Below are positions 36,427 to 48,294 of a stretch of 64,000 nucleotides of DNA, piece after piece. The first letter of the stretch is position 1. Every line of letters begins with the position of its first letter. Where the stretch lies: positions 3,100,001 through 3,164,000 of the forward strand of contig NEEC01000011.1 of assembly GCA_002189035.1 (NCBI GenBank), given 5' to 3'. Below the pieces are notes generated by a model. It saw only the letters and a list, made by a program, of their open reading frames with translations, ran no database searches and was not told the origin of the DNA. The stretch comes from Utricularia gibba (lineage: Eukaryota; Plantae; Magnoliophyta). The translations under genes were made by a program, and so were the position numbers.

Positions 36427-37948
36427 TCAGAAACAACGTAGGGTTCGGTTATGGTTTTCTGGGCAGAGTTTGCCGAGCGGGGACTCATCGGAGTGCTCAT
36501 CCACCAGCCATAATCCATGCTCCTTGAACCGATGGATTTTGCTGTCTTTCCCAGAAATGTAGTTGTTGTGGATGATGGCATGTTGTCCCTTGGTTTGCTC
36601 AGCCCACGCTTTGTCACCGAAATAAGTTAGCCCATAGGGGAACGCCGTCGCCGGAAGAAGATAATCGTCAACCTGTTAATTGCATTATGTATCTGATCGC
36701 CGGGAATGGCGGAGCAAAAGAAGGGATGGTACCTTCCCACGAGTCTGGCGGATTGCCCAATTCAAAGGGGGCTGATCATTCACTCCTGGACTCCATTCTA
36801 GCGAGCTCATCCGATCGGCCCACGTGCTCATCAGTAATTTTGCCCCCGGCGTGGGTCTCAGATAAAGCAAGCAGCTACAATTCTGGAGATCAAACAATCT
36901 CATTAGCAGAAGCTAAGTATCGTCACTAAACATACTATACATTGCATCTGGTTTTTGGTTTGTTGTACCCACACCCCTGCTTTCAATTTGCTTGCTTGTG
37001 AATTCTGATAGTGTTATTTGCAGTGTAATAAGAACTTACGTTTTCCCCATCAGATGCATAGTACGCATCGTGCGACCCTTGGAAGTATGGAAATGGGTCC
37101 TTCATCCAGACAGTATCAACGTCGTTGTACAGAACGTTGTACCCCAGCTCTAACACCTGCACAGTCCTCATCCCTCTGCGTCAGAATATTGTAAGAAACC
37201 AGTTCTTCTCCTTTCTGAGCATAAATTAAGTTGAGCACACCCAGACAAAGGGAGCGTACCTCAAGAAGATGGCGTGGCCTTCTGGATGTGAAATTGAAAA
37301 ATCCCTTCAAAAAGGAGAAAACCCTAATTGGTAGCATGCAAAAACACGAACCCAAGTACAGCTTTGTGTTTGCTTTAGTTGAGATCTAACTCTTAAGAAG
37401 TGTAGGGTGAGTGTCATCTCTTTATGTTTGGCTTTGTTATTCTGTCATGTAAAAAACTCATGAACCCTAATCACGTCACACGAAACGGTTACCATGGAGC
37501 CATAAATGTTAGATGCAGGGTCCAGCGGCGGGGACGCCATGACGGCGTGCCCCGGCCACCTCTCGTTGACGGTGTATAGCGTCGGATAATCCTCGGCGAA
37601 CACCAGAACTTTATCCGCATGCTTCAGTCTAGCAAGGCTGATCAACCAGTTGCTTAGCATCTGCAGATACGCCTCGCCCACCGAACACACGATCACCGTG
37701 TTGTCCTTCGCGACATACGCCGCCGCGTCCCGGAGCGTGTACTCCCGCCACAGTGAACCTGGACTGTAAAACTTGGAAAGCAACAATATCGGGTTCCGAT
37801 TAAGAGATGCGACACCGATCATCGTCAGCCAGGATACGAGCACTAGCACGAGGGTGAACGGGACCCAGAGCAGGAAGGACCGGCGTGAAGTTCTAAGTGA
37901 CTCCTCCGTTCCCCCATCATGGACGCTACAATCGCCTCCCTCTGTCAT
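36427..37948 (-). CDS. GT77 nucleotide-diphospho-sugar transferase, RGXT/MGP4-like, copy A (5 exons; exon 1 37948-37493, exon 2 37304-37260, exon 3 37156-37040)
   Basis: Type II TM anchor, WREYTLRDAAAYVAKDNTVIVC, FAEDYPTLYTVNERWPGHAV, GFFNFTSRRPRHLL, LGYNVLYNDVD (DxD), CSCLLYLRPT, NDQP, IIHNNYI, GLWLVDEHSDESPLG. The frame is intact. Confidence 0.9.
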
Positions 37949-38229
37949 TGCAAACGAAGTCAAAAGCTCACACCTTTCTTCCCTTGTCAAGCTATCACCT
38001 TTTATGCTTCTAGATATGGAATCTTAGTATTAGGATTTCAAACTTTCGTTGACTAGAAATTCAATTTGCATTGAAAATAAAAAAAAAAACTGAAATATCT
38101 ATAAATTCAGGTCTTACACACACATTGGATCATGAATTTCAAGCATCTATCATAACCAAATGATGTGTTTTTTATATTTTATTAGCAGTAAAGTTAGGGT
38201 TTTCAGTATCAAACGCATGATTAATTAAC

Positions 38230-38870
38230 ATTAGGGTTTTCAGTATTGGGGGTGCTTCACACGCAATATTCGGCCCCCCGAGCGCCCCCTACTCTAAGCC
38301 TAGAGGTTCCCTCTCCTCCCATAAGCCATGCTCTTGAAGGAGACGAGTGCCCACAGAACTTGGGCACAGGAGCTCATCATTGACGCTCAACACTCACCTC
38401 TCATCATGGCATGTGTAAAAAACTGTGGCTTTCATGAAACCTTCCTTTGGGTAAAAATCTGGAGACCTGATTGACTCTGCTGCTCCTCATCACAGTAGCC
38501 AGCCACCATTCCCAATATGAACTGCAACAGGGAATCGTTCCTTCAAGTTTTTACCGCATTTAAACGCCCCGAAGTGGAGAATGCAACTGCCAAGTACCAA
38601 CCAGGGGGTGGGGTTTCTGTGTCTCCCATTCTAAACTTTCGCCGGTGAAAAATAGCTCGCCATTTTCCGATGTGGAAGCCACACCGGGGTGCAGTTCAAC
38701 TTAGCAGTTAGATCATTGTAACTTGTCCTCAGGTTTCAACTGTCAACTGTTGACATTCCAGGTTGCACATCGCCAGTTGCCGAAATCAGCGGCTCAGATG
38801 TTGCCTCCCCTTAGAGTTGACTTTCAAGATTCCTCCTGTCGACAGAACCCAACGGGTCAATGTTGACATG
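38230..38870. repeat. Non-coding module, copy 1 (upstream of GT77 copy A)
   Basis: Contains the cores gcaatattcggcccc, gtgcccacagaacttgggcac, acagggaatcgttc, aactgtcaactgttgacattcca and cggctcagat, which recur (some with single substitutions) in copies 2 and/or 3. Confidence 0.8.
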
Positions 38871-39435
38871 TGTGATGATGTTGTTGAAATTCAGGATTAA
38901 ATGGATCGACGAGTGTACACATAAATCTCAAATATTTGTATACTAGATTATTAGAATTTCATATTTCGTTATTATATATTAAATTATTTTATTTTTATTT
39001 TTCGACGAAATATTATATATTTTAACATCCCCTAAAATAATGAGCTGCGAGAGTAATATCAGTTCTGAAAAGTCGCGTTTTCATTTTTCCGTTTGGGGAC
39101 ACGTTTTATAGCAAGAAAGCAGTGTGTTGTTAGAGGACTCACATGATAAAAGAGAATAAAAATGCAAATCAGTATTTTTTTTCTATTAGTAAATATTTTT
39201 TTATTTTAAAATGTGAATAATAAATTAATATAATTTTAAACATTTGAGTGTAATTAAATAATTAATTTAGAAGTATTATTGCACAGAGCAAAATATAACA
39301 CACCTTCAAATGGAATTTATTAAAATCAGAACCATATAAAATCGGGAATTGCAAAACAGCCCCCGGATCCTGTTGCGAAATCCTCATCGTCTTTCTTGAA
39401 GGTATGAGATAAAGCAACGGGGTTTTGTTTGAGTT

Positions 39436-40986
39436 TCAGAGACAGCGTACGGTTCGGTTATGGTGCTCTGGGCAGAGTCTGCCGAGCGGGGACTCATCGG
39501 AGTGCTCGTCGACCAGCCACAATCCACGGTCCTTGAACCGCTTTATTTTGTTGTCTTTGCCGATGATGTAGTTGTTGTGGACGATGGCATGTTGTCCCTT
39601 GGTTTGCTCCGCCCACGTTTCGTTTCGGAAGTAGACAGCACCGGAGGGGAACGCCGTCTTCGGAAGAAGGTAATCGTCAACCTTTGTGTGGGTTGAAATA
39701 TGTTTGCGTCAACATCTCGTGACCGGGAATGGCGGAGCAGAAGAAGGAAGGGATGGTACCTTCCCACGAGTGTCTCTGATTGCCCAATTCAGATGGGGTT
39801 GATCATTCACTCCTGGTCTCCACGGCTGCGACTTCAGACGATCGGCCCAGGTGCGAATCAGTAGTTTTGCCCCCGGAGTGGGTCTCAGATAAATCAAGCA
39901 GCTACAATTCTTAAGATGAGACAAAATCAGCAGCAGAAACTAAGTATCGTCATCACAGATAGTATGTACCTTGCTTCTAATTTCAGGCGACAATGGCTGC
40001 ACTAATCTAGTAGAAGGAAAAGGCACTGGTATACCCTTTTAGTCTACCTTAGAATCTGTATCTGGTTTTTAAATTACAGTACAGCAAAATTGAGACTGAA
40101 ACACACTCCTGCTTTCAATTTGCTTGCTTTTGAATTCTGATAGTGTAATGTGCAGTAGGATGAGAACTTACGTCTACCCCATTACTCGCATAGTAGGCAT
40201 CGTGCGATCCTTGGAAGTAAGGAAAGGGGTCCTTCATCCAGACCGTGTCAACGTCGTTGTACAGAACGTTGTATCCCATCTCCAAGATCTGCACAATCCG
40301 CATCCCTCTGTGTCAGAATATTGATAGAGGAAAAGGTTTCTTCTGCCTTTCTGAACATATCCTGAGAAAGGTGCGTACCTCAAGAAGATGGGTTGGTTTT
40401 CTGGATGTAAGATTGTAAAATCCCTTTGACAGGAAGAAAACCCTAATAGTTACCATGCGAGAACAAGAAAAGAAAAGAAACTGGAAAGGGAAGGGAAATG
40501 AACCCTAGTAACGTCATACGAAATGGTTACCACAGAATGAAAATTGTTGGCTGCAGGGTCCAGCGGCGGGGAGGCCATGACGGCGTGCCCCGGCCACCTC
40601 TCGTTGACGGTGTATAGCGTCGGATAATCCTCGGCGAACACCAGAACTTTATCCACATGCTTCAGTCTGGCAAGGCTGATCAACCAGTTGCTTAGCATCT
40701 GCAAATACGCCTCGCCCACCACACACACTATCACCGTGTTGTTCTTGGCGACATACGCCACGGCGTCCCGAAGCTTGTACTCCCGCCACACTGAACCTGG
40801 ACTGTAAAAGATGGATAACAACAACATGGGGTTCCGGTGAACAGAAGCGACGCCGATCATCGCCATCAACGACGCGAGCATGAGCACGACGGTCAACGGG
40901 GCCCGGACCAGGAAGGACCGGCGTGAATTTCTTGGTGATTTCGCCGTTCCCTCACTATGAATACTGCAATCGCCTCCCCCTGTCAT
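39436..40986 (-). CDS. GT77 RGXT/MGP4-like, copy B (tandem paralog, same 5-exon structure)
   Basis: Exon 1 (40986-40531) is 456 nt as in copy A; GFYNLTSRKPTHLLE, ILEMGYNVLYNDVD, NCSCLIYLRPT, IVHNNYI; ends RLCPEHHNRTVRCL. The frame is intact. Confidence 0.9.
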
Positions 40987-41199
40987 TACATAAGAAGCCA
41001 AAAGCTCACACCTTTTTAGCAATCACCTGTTAAGCTTCATTACATGGAATCCATTAATATCATGATTTCAAACCCTTCTTTGGCTGGAAAATCAATGTAC
41101 AATAAAATAATACAGAATAATTATTTTTAAATTCAGGTCTCATCGGTAACCCTAATATTAATACGGAATAATTTACCACAGAATCTGAAGTTGCCGTAT

Positions 41200-41720
41200 T
41201 TGGAGTGTTTCAGAGTAATACACGCAATATTCGGCCCCTCCCATAGCCATGTTCTAGGCAACAATACAGTAGCCAGCCACCATCCCCAATATCAACTGCT
41301 ACAGGGAATCGTTCTTCTTACCGCATGTGAACACCTAAAAGTGGAGGATGCGACTATCTACTATTAGAACAAATAATTCATTAAGAAATGAAATTGAAAT
41401 AATTAATTATATAAGAAATTATAGATTAATAATAATTGATTGGGACTAATCTAATCTAATATAATTTACGTTTTTTATATACTTAGACTTTACATTAATT
41501 ATCCATCTAATCTTTAATTTCAATATGCATTACTAACCCTTGGGTTTCCCATGTTGAAGCCACACCCGGATGCAGTCGACCTTAGCAGTTAAATCATTGT
41601 AACTTGTCCTTAGGTTTCAACTGTCCACTGTTGACATTCCAGGTTGCCCATCGCCAGTTGCCCAAATCAACGGCTCAGATGTTACCTCCCCTTCGAGTTG
41701 ACTTTCAAGATTCCACCTAT
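41200..41720. repeat. Non-coding module, copy 2 (upstream of GT77 copy B), internally deleted and interrupted by an AT-rich insert
   Basis: Same cores as copy 1 at 41226-41240, 41302-41316 and 41618-41660; the hairpin part is deleted. Confidence 0.8.
41357..41535 (+). mobile_element. Possible 5' fragment of a non-autonomous Helitron
   Basis: AT-rich insert of about 180 bp absent from module copy 1; it begins A|TCTACTATT. No 3' GC hairpin with CTAG|T was found. Confidence 0.3.
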
Positions 41721-42578
41721 TAGGGACACGTTTTATAATAACAGTACTGAAAAGTCGCGTTTTGATTTCTCCCATTAGGGACGATATTGCAATATTTAGG
41801 TGTTTGTGCCTAAAGGAACGTCCCCTTAAGACTAACATAAGATAATATTTTAAGTACCAAGAGTTTATTGGACCAACAATTACTTATGGTTGAATATATA
41901 AGATCGTAACGAGTTTCGAAATGGTATACTGTGAATAATTTAAATCATTTTCGATTTGAAAGATATCATACCATTTTTATTAGATGTCTCCTCAAGGTTA
42001 TTATTTTAAATTTCAACAAAATTAAAAATTTTGATTTTTTTTTAGAAAACAAATCATTCTTGTAATATGATCAAAATTTCAGTTTTTGTATCAAATACGA
42101 AATCCGAATTTTGACACATGGATTACAAAATGGGCATGGAATCCAATACTTTGCGTGGTGTTTGGGGCCTTGGAATATGCAGATTCCCTCTCATAATCAG
42201 CTGTGGGTTCCAATCGCCTCTTCTCCATGAATATCAATATTATGAATGTATTTAATAAAAAAATCGGTGCCGCATTTTACAAATATTACTAATTGTTTGG
42301 ATGAGCGTCATTCATGAATCTCGGCGTTCTGTTCCTAATGCTATAATCCACGTGTTTTTAGAATTTGGAATAAAAAATGATTTTTTTATTGTTTTTATTT
42401 ACGCGTCTCAAATTGACGAAGTTCACACAGGAAAAAAAAAAAGTAATGACAAAATATTCAACGAGGCCAACTGTCAGGGAGACGTTTTTCCACGGATCTC
42501 GGGCCGGCGGGGACGAAATTGAACGGCAAACCAAACGCAGAGCGGAATCCAAAGACGAGTGTGACGATTCACGATCAC

Positions 42579-42893
42579 TCAAGCCTTGAAGCACAGGAAA
42601 TTGTGGTGGTGGTGATGACTGTGATGATGCGGCGTCGTATCGCGGTCAATCAGGCTGCTAACATGGCGAAATTCCTCCACATGACAAGGAATGTTGATCG
42701 CGCCTTTCTGACGGAACCCGTACTCCTCCTCCGCCTCCTTCAGCAACTGCAAAAATAGCGGATGATTCACGTACTCCACGGGAATCACAAATCTCTGCTG
42801 CTCCATCCCCTGTCCCACCGTCACCGCCAGACATCCTTTACGTACCCGGCGTCCACCGACGTGGTGCTGGTGGAAATTCATCTGAAACGGCAT
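42579..42893 (-). CDS. SAUR32: Small auxin-up RNA protein, SAUR32-like
   Basis: KGCLAVTVGQGMEQQRFVIPVEYVNHPLFLQLLKEAEEEYGF..GAINIPCHVEEFRHV plus a His-rich tail; intronless; TATA-like ctataaat near 43142-43149. Confidence 0.9.
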   Translation of the reverse strand: MPFQMNFHQHHVGGRRVRKGCLAVTVGQGMEQQRFVIPVEYVNHPLFLQLLKEAEEEYGFRQKGAINIPCHVEEFRHVSSLIDRDTTPHHHSHHHHHNFLCFKA

Positions 42894-43416
42894 CGAATCA
42901 CAATCTGTCGAAAATCAGAATCTCAATCGGAGAACAGAAACAACACCGGATCCCGACACTAGAAAACGCAGGGCAGAAGAAAAAACGAAAACGGCCACGG
43001 ATCCGATGCCGACACGGCGAGTTTGAAAATCGTCAAAGCGGAGTCAGTGAGAGATCTAGGGATATTGCTCATGATAACAGCTAACGACGGCGGCACAGCG
43101 GCATATACGCAGAACTGATCGGCCGAGGGCTTTAGCAACGAATTTATAGGCCGCGTGTTCTATGCAGGAAGAGAAAGCCAGGGCAGGTTTTTCTAGTTTC
43201 TTCTTTCTTATTTATACCCTCCCAGCTTCCCCTAGACTCCAGATCATTCCGTGGACACGCCGAGGGCACAACTGTAATTGCACAAATCGCATATTTTTCT
43301 CACCCGAATAAATTCTATATTCAGGAAGAGAGAGTGCGTCCAAATTTGCTTGCTGACTCGACATTATATGATTAACGCGTAGATTTTTTCAAAAGAATCT
43401 CTTATTTAAATAATTA

Positions 43417-43422
<6 letters not shown>

Positions 43423-43482
<60 letters not shown>
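43423..43482. repeat. (AT)30 microsatellite followed by ATTT repeats
   Basis: Direct reading. Confidence 0.95.
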
Positions 43483-43486
<4 letters not shown>

Positions 43487-44429
43487 TTATTTATTTATAT
43501 TACAGTGAATACAAGGGTCCCGCCAGCGGCCCAACATGTGTACTCTACGATGCTCTATTGGGCTCGCAGTTTCGGACCATTAATTTAATAATATCCAATT
43601 AATAATTAAGGTTATGCTTATTAATATATTTTACCTATTTTTAATAATGTTTTGGATCTAATAAAATTTATTTGATAACCAAATATCTTTATAAAAACAT
43701 CAAAAAATTAGAGAGTGGGGTGATTATATTTAAAGATATTATTTTACTATTAATAATACTATTTTAATATATGTTAGGTACCAAAGATTTAAATGTTGGT
43801 GGTACTACTACCACCCCCTTGCTAATGTTTTAAATTTTGATAGAATTTGGTGGTGATTTTTCAAAATTTAGATTTCAGTTTTTTTTTTAAAAAAAATGAA
43901 ATTATAAGGTCACACTACGAGGGAGGAAAGGTATTTAAATATATATTTTTAAAATATTATATAAAATATTTTCACCAAAAATAAAAAATACCTGAGAATT
44001 GAATATTATGCCAGTGTTGTGTGTGTGGTGACATAAATAGTTATGTAATTTATATGAAATTTTACTTTTTGGATTAAATTTAAAATGTAATTGTTTTTTC
44101 CGAAATTCGAACATGGGTACATTGAAATAACCTCGTTTGCAACGAAGAGAAGGGGAGAGTGTGTCCTACAGTAAATGCCAAGGACAGGAACCCATTAAAA
44201 AGCTTCTAACAGTGGTGTAATTATTGACTGTACAGAACTTGGGCTTCAACAACCTCGGACCACTTGACCCAACGACATCAGCTCTTCCAAATGAAGTTTC
44301 TGTGGGCTGGGCGCATTGGAAAATGGTGCAGGAATGGTTATGGAATCCGGGTCGGGTGCAATGGGACCCGAACTCAATTCCCTGGACTTCACTCCAAACA
44401 AAATGGTGGTACTACGACAGGTACCATTA

Positions 44430-45070
44430 TAGGAAACTAACTTGCAGAATTCGGAGTATCTCAAAGTACAGATGCAATATTCGGCCCCCACTCTAAGCGT
44501 AGGGGTCCCCTCCCCTCCCCTTCCCTCCCACAACCATGTCCATGAAGGAGATGAGTGCCCACAGAACTTGGGCACCGGCGCTCATTAACTCCGGTCAACA
44601 CTTACCTCTCGTAACTACATGCTTACTGCTGTAAAAGAGCGTGGCTGGCTCCCTTTAATGACATCCCTTTTGGGTAAAAAGCCGGATGCCTGATTAACTC
44701 TGCTGCTCTTCGTCACTGATGAAGATGCTGTGGTGAAAAGGAGTAAGTGAAAACTGGTTTCCCTGAATATGATTGACTGCTATGAGCTTACAGGGCATCG
44801 TTCCTTCAAGTTCAAGTTTTTAACTGCTCAGTAAACATAAAGTAACTGGTGGAAATGGCCAAAGATTGATGCCAACTGCGAACCAGACGTTTTCGGGGTT
44901 TCCATTTTCAAGCTCCTCCAATCAAACGTAGGAGGAGCTTCTTCTGTGTCTAAGTTGTGAAGTTTTAACTGTCAACTGTTGACATTCCAACGGCCGGGAG
45001 ATCAACGTCGCATATCTCCGGTTGCCGGAACCGACGGCTCAGATCTGGCCGTCCGTTCCAGTTGACAGTT
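44430..45070. repeat. Non-coding module, copy 3 (longest; abuts the MFS promoter)
   Basis: Same cores at 44474-44488, 44555-44575, 44791-44810, 44967-44989 and 45035-45044; contains several perfect inverted repeats. Confidence 0.8.
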
Positions 45071-45319
45071 GTAGCGCGCTTACCGACAGAATCCGAGGGA
45101 TGATATGTTGCCACGTGTCGTGATCTGAGGTGCATTAGAAATATAATAATCAGCTTGGCGATGTCAAGCCAGCCTCCATCCTCAAGCGCATTCATCCATT
45201 TCACGTCGTGTGTGAGTGTGTGTATATATAAGTGGCTGTTTTGTGGATCGGAGACTGTGACCTCGTGATTCTCTTCGCAAGTTCCGATTTTTGTTTTCTT
45301 TTCTTCTGGTGAGGGGAAT

Positions 45320-47566
45320 ATGGAGATTTTCTACTATTTGGTGTTTGGGAGTTTGGCCGCGGTGGTGGCGGCGTTGGAGCTGGGTAAGAGTACCAAGGAT
45401 CGGATCAATACGTCATCAGCTTTCAATTCGTTCAAGAACAATTACTTGGTGGTCTACTCGCTAATGATGGGTGAGTGCATTTTCATTTCAAATCTCCAGA
45501 TCTGGGGTGTTTAGGGTATTATTCTTTTTGTTCCAATGTGCGTTATTGAAGCTTTTCGTGGGCGTTATTTTTCCAGATCTGTTGTTAGTCTTGGATCTGT
45601 TTGTGTCTGACTATGTGTTCATAATGATCGAACGCGTCTGCTTTGATCCAGCAGTTAAAGCTTTTTGTTGGATCAAAGAAGAAGCTTAATTTGACTTCGC
45701 CTTTCCCATTGTTTTGTTGGATAGTAGAATCTGTAGTGAAATCAGATGAGAAGTGGTTCCTAAAGAGGCTAACTTTATGCTTGATGAATGGTTGATGTTG
45801 AACAGCTGGTGATTGGCTGCAAGGTCCATATGTTTACTATCTCTATCAAACGTATGGTTTTGGGAAAGGTGAAATTGGACAGCTTTTCATTGCTGGATTT
45901 GGGTCTTCTATGTTGTTTGGAACCATCGTTGGATCTCTTGCTGATAAACAGTGAGTTTGCTACATGTAACCATTTAGATATGAATTCTTTCTAAGACATA
46001 CCATGTTCTCATTCCTGCTTGGAACCACAGGGGACGGAAACGGGCTTCCATCACATACTGTATAACATATATACTGAGCTGCATGACCAAGCATTCTTCT
46101 CAGTACAGAATTTTGATGGTCGGACGTGTTTTAGGTGGCATTGCCACATCTCTCTTATTCTCTGCATTTGAGTCATGGCTTGTTGCAGAGCACTTCAAGG
46201 TCAGCTTGTCTTATTTATGCCTTTTCTTTTCAATTTTCTTTACTCTGGTCATGTCACAATCTCCTCTGTACAGAATTTTCTTCCAGCTACAACCGTGTGA
46301 ATCTTTAATATTTTCATCTGCAGAGAAATTTTGATCCTCAGTGGCTTTCATTGACATTCTCCAAAGCTATATTCCTGGGCAATGGACTTGTTGCTATTGT
46401 GTCTGGTCTTTTTGGAAACCTGCTTGTTGATACTCTGAATCTTGGACCTGTGTCACCCTTTGATGCTGCTTCCGTATTCCTAGCCATAGGGATGGCCGTA
46501 ATCATTTCTTCATGGACTGAGAACTATGGAGATCCTTCAGAAAACAAAGACCTTCTGACTCAATTCAAGGGCGCAGCTGTAGCCATTGCTTCAGGTACCT
46601 GGAATATGTTAACTCTACCCTTTTTATCAAGAGATCCAAATTCTTTGCGCATATCTAGACTTGTTACAACTTTTACTTTCAGATGAGAAGATTGCTCTGC
46701 TCGGCGCTATACAGTCTTTATTCGAAGGCTCAATGTACACATTCGTGTTCCTCTGGACACCTGCTTTGAGTCCTAATGGAGAAGAGATTCCCCATGGCTT
46801 CATCTTTGCCACTTTCATGTTGGCTTCCATGTTGGGCAGCTCCATTGCAGCTCGGTTGCTGGCCCGAAACTTTCTTAGAGTGGAAAACTACATGCAGATT
46901 GTGTTCCTTATTTCATCTGCGTCCCTACTGCTACCTATTGTGACTAATGTATGCGCCGAGTGTCTGTCATTCTTCCCCCCATTGCTACCATCTTTCTTCT
47001 CAGCTTCTCCTAAACTGTCACTTGTCATTTCCAGTTCTTCATTCCCACAGTCAAGACAGGAGGGTCCGGCATTTCCTTAACGAGCTCGCTCCAGCTTCTC
47101 GGATTCTGTACATTTGAAGCTTCTGTAGGCATCTTCTGGCCATCTATCATGAAGATGAGATCCCAGTACATCCCGGAGGAGGCTCGGAGTACCATCATGA
47201 ATTTCTTCCGCATACCGCTGAATATATTCGTCTGCATCGTGCTGTACAATGTACGGGTGGCTGCGTCTTCTCGCCCTCCCTTCCATGGCTTTCGCTGAAT
47301 CCCGTTTCTCATGTCTGCAGGTGGATGCCTTCCCCATAACCGTCATGTTCGGTATGTGTTCCATTTTCCTCTTCATGGCGTCTATACTGCAGCGACGCCT
47401 TGCGGCCATCGGAGAGAAACCAAGTGAGTATCAATCAGAAACACAGACTGCTGCTGCTCTCCGTCATGCTGAACTGAACCGTTTCTTTCTTTTTCCCTGC
47501 GCAGAGAGTGGAGAATTGAGCTTGGAGGAGAAGGACGATGAGGCCCAGCTTCTGAACCAGGACTAG
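45320..47566 (+). CDS. Major facilitator superfamily DUF791 / molybdate-anion transporter-like (MFSD5 family), 8 exons
   Basis: FKNNYLVVYSLMMAGDWLQGPYVYYLY, GSLADKQGRKRA, LLFSAFESWLVAEH, QSLFEGSMYTFVFLWTPAL, IPEEARSTIMNFFRIPLN. Confidence 0.93.
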
Positions 47567-48294
47567 TCGCTGGAGTTTTAGCCACGCTTCTGCACTCACT
47601 CTTCCATCAACACAGAGACGCTTCACAAAGGGGATGAGTAGCATCACTACAAACGCAATGGCGCAAAGAGAAATGCAGCACACCCCCCGCCCCCTTTTTT
47701 TTCCTCGAATAGAAACTTGGTTTTTCTCGTGTAATTTTATTTTATTTATTAAAAAAATATATCCCATGGAGCAGGGCCTCGTTGAAATACTTGACCCAAT
47801 ATTTTTTATTGGGCCCCAGGCGGCCCAGTAAAATAATCTACCTTCTTTTTGTTTGTTGGCCCGAAATAGGTTCAGCCTCCACGTGAAAGGTACAAAATGA
47901 CCCAGCGGGTATTCGGGAGAGGCTGCTTATTGGTTGGTGCCAAGTGGGACCCACCCTAGCGGCAGGGTCGCGCGCACGCTTATGGGACCCGCAACCCACT
48001 CATTCCGTGGGCTCCACAACGCTGCTCTTTTTCTTTTATCAGTATTTAAAAATAATGCGGATTAGGTTTGGTGGGTTGTTTTGGATAGTCTTGAATTTTA
48101 GTTCTTTTTTGAGTAATAAAATATTTTTTTGAAATAAATTGAAAAGCTAAATTTTTTTTTTGGGGATTAAACGCGAGAAATGGCAAGATTTACATTACGC
48201 TGAACAAAAGCCCCCCACACAACACGCAGCCTGGCACAAGAAAGAAAAGAACAAGAGGAAAGAAAGCAGGCAACACACATTCACTTCATTCCAT

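Noticed and set aside
38370-38495. RTGATGA box C-like motifs suggesting a C/D snoRNA
   Set aside because: No CTGA box D at suitable spacing with terminal stems, and the motif is degenerate in copy 3.
38661-38675. CTTCCACATCGG on the minus strand resembling the snRNA USE (RTCCCACATCG)
   Set aside because: It has mismatches, there is no TATA at the Pol II or Pol III spacing, it is not conserved in module copies 2 and 3, and no snRNA body follows.
44220-44540. Possible telomerase RNA (CCCTCCCAC tract, stems)
   Set aside because: No AAACCCT-type template and no proper USE/TATA promoter.
44224-44575. Overlapping ORFs 44224-44496 (+) and 44246-44575 (-), and the MSTVDS-ending ORFs at 41617 and 44965
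   Set aside because: No ATG starts or recognisable domains; frames are not preserved between module copies, so they are treated as non-coding.
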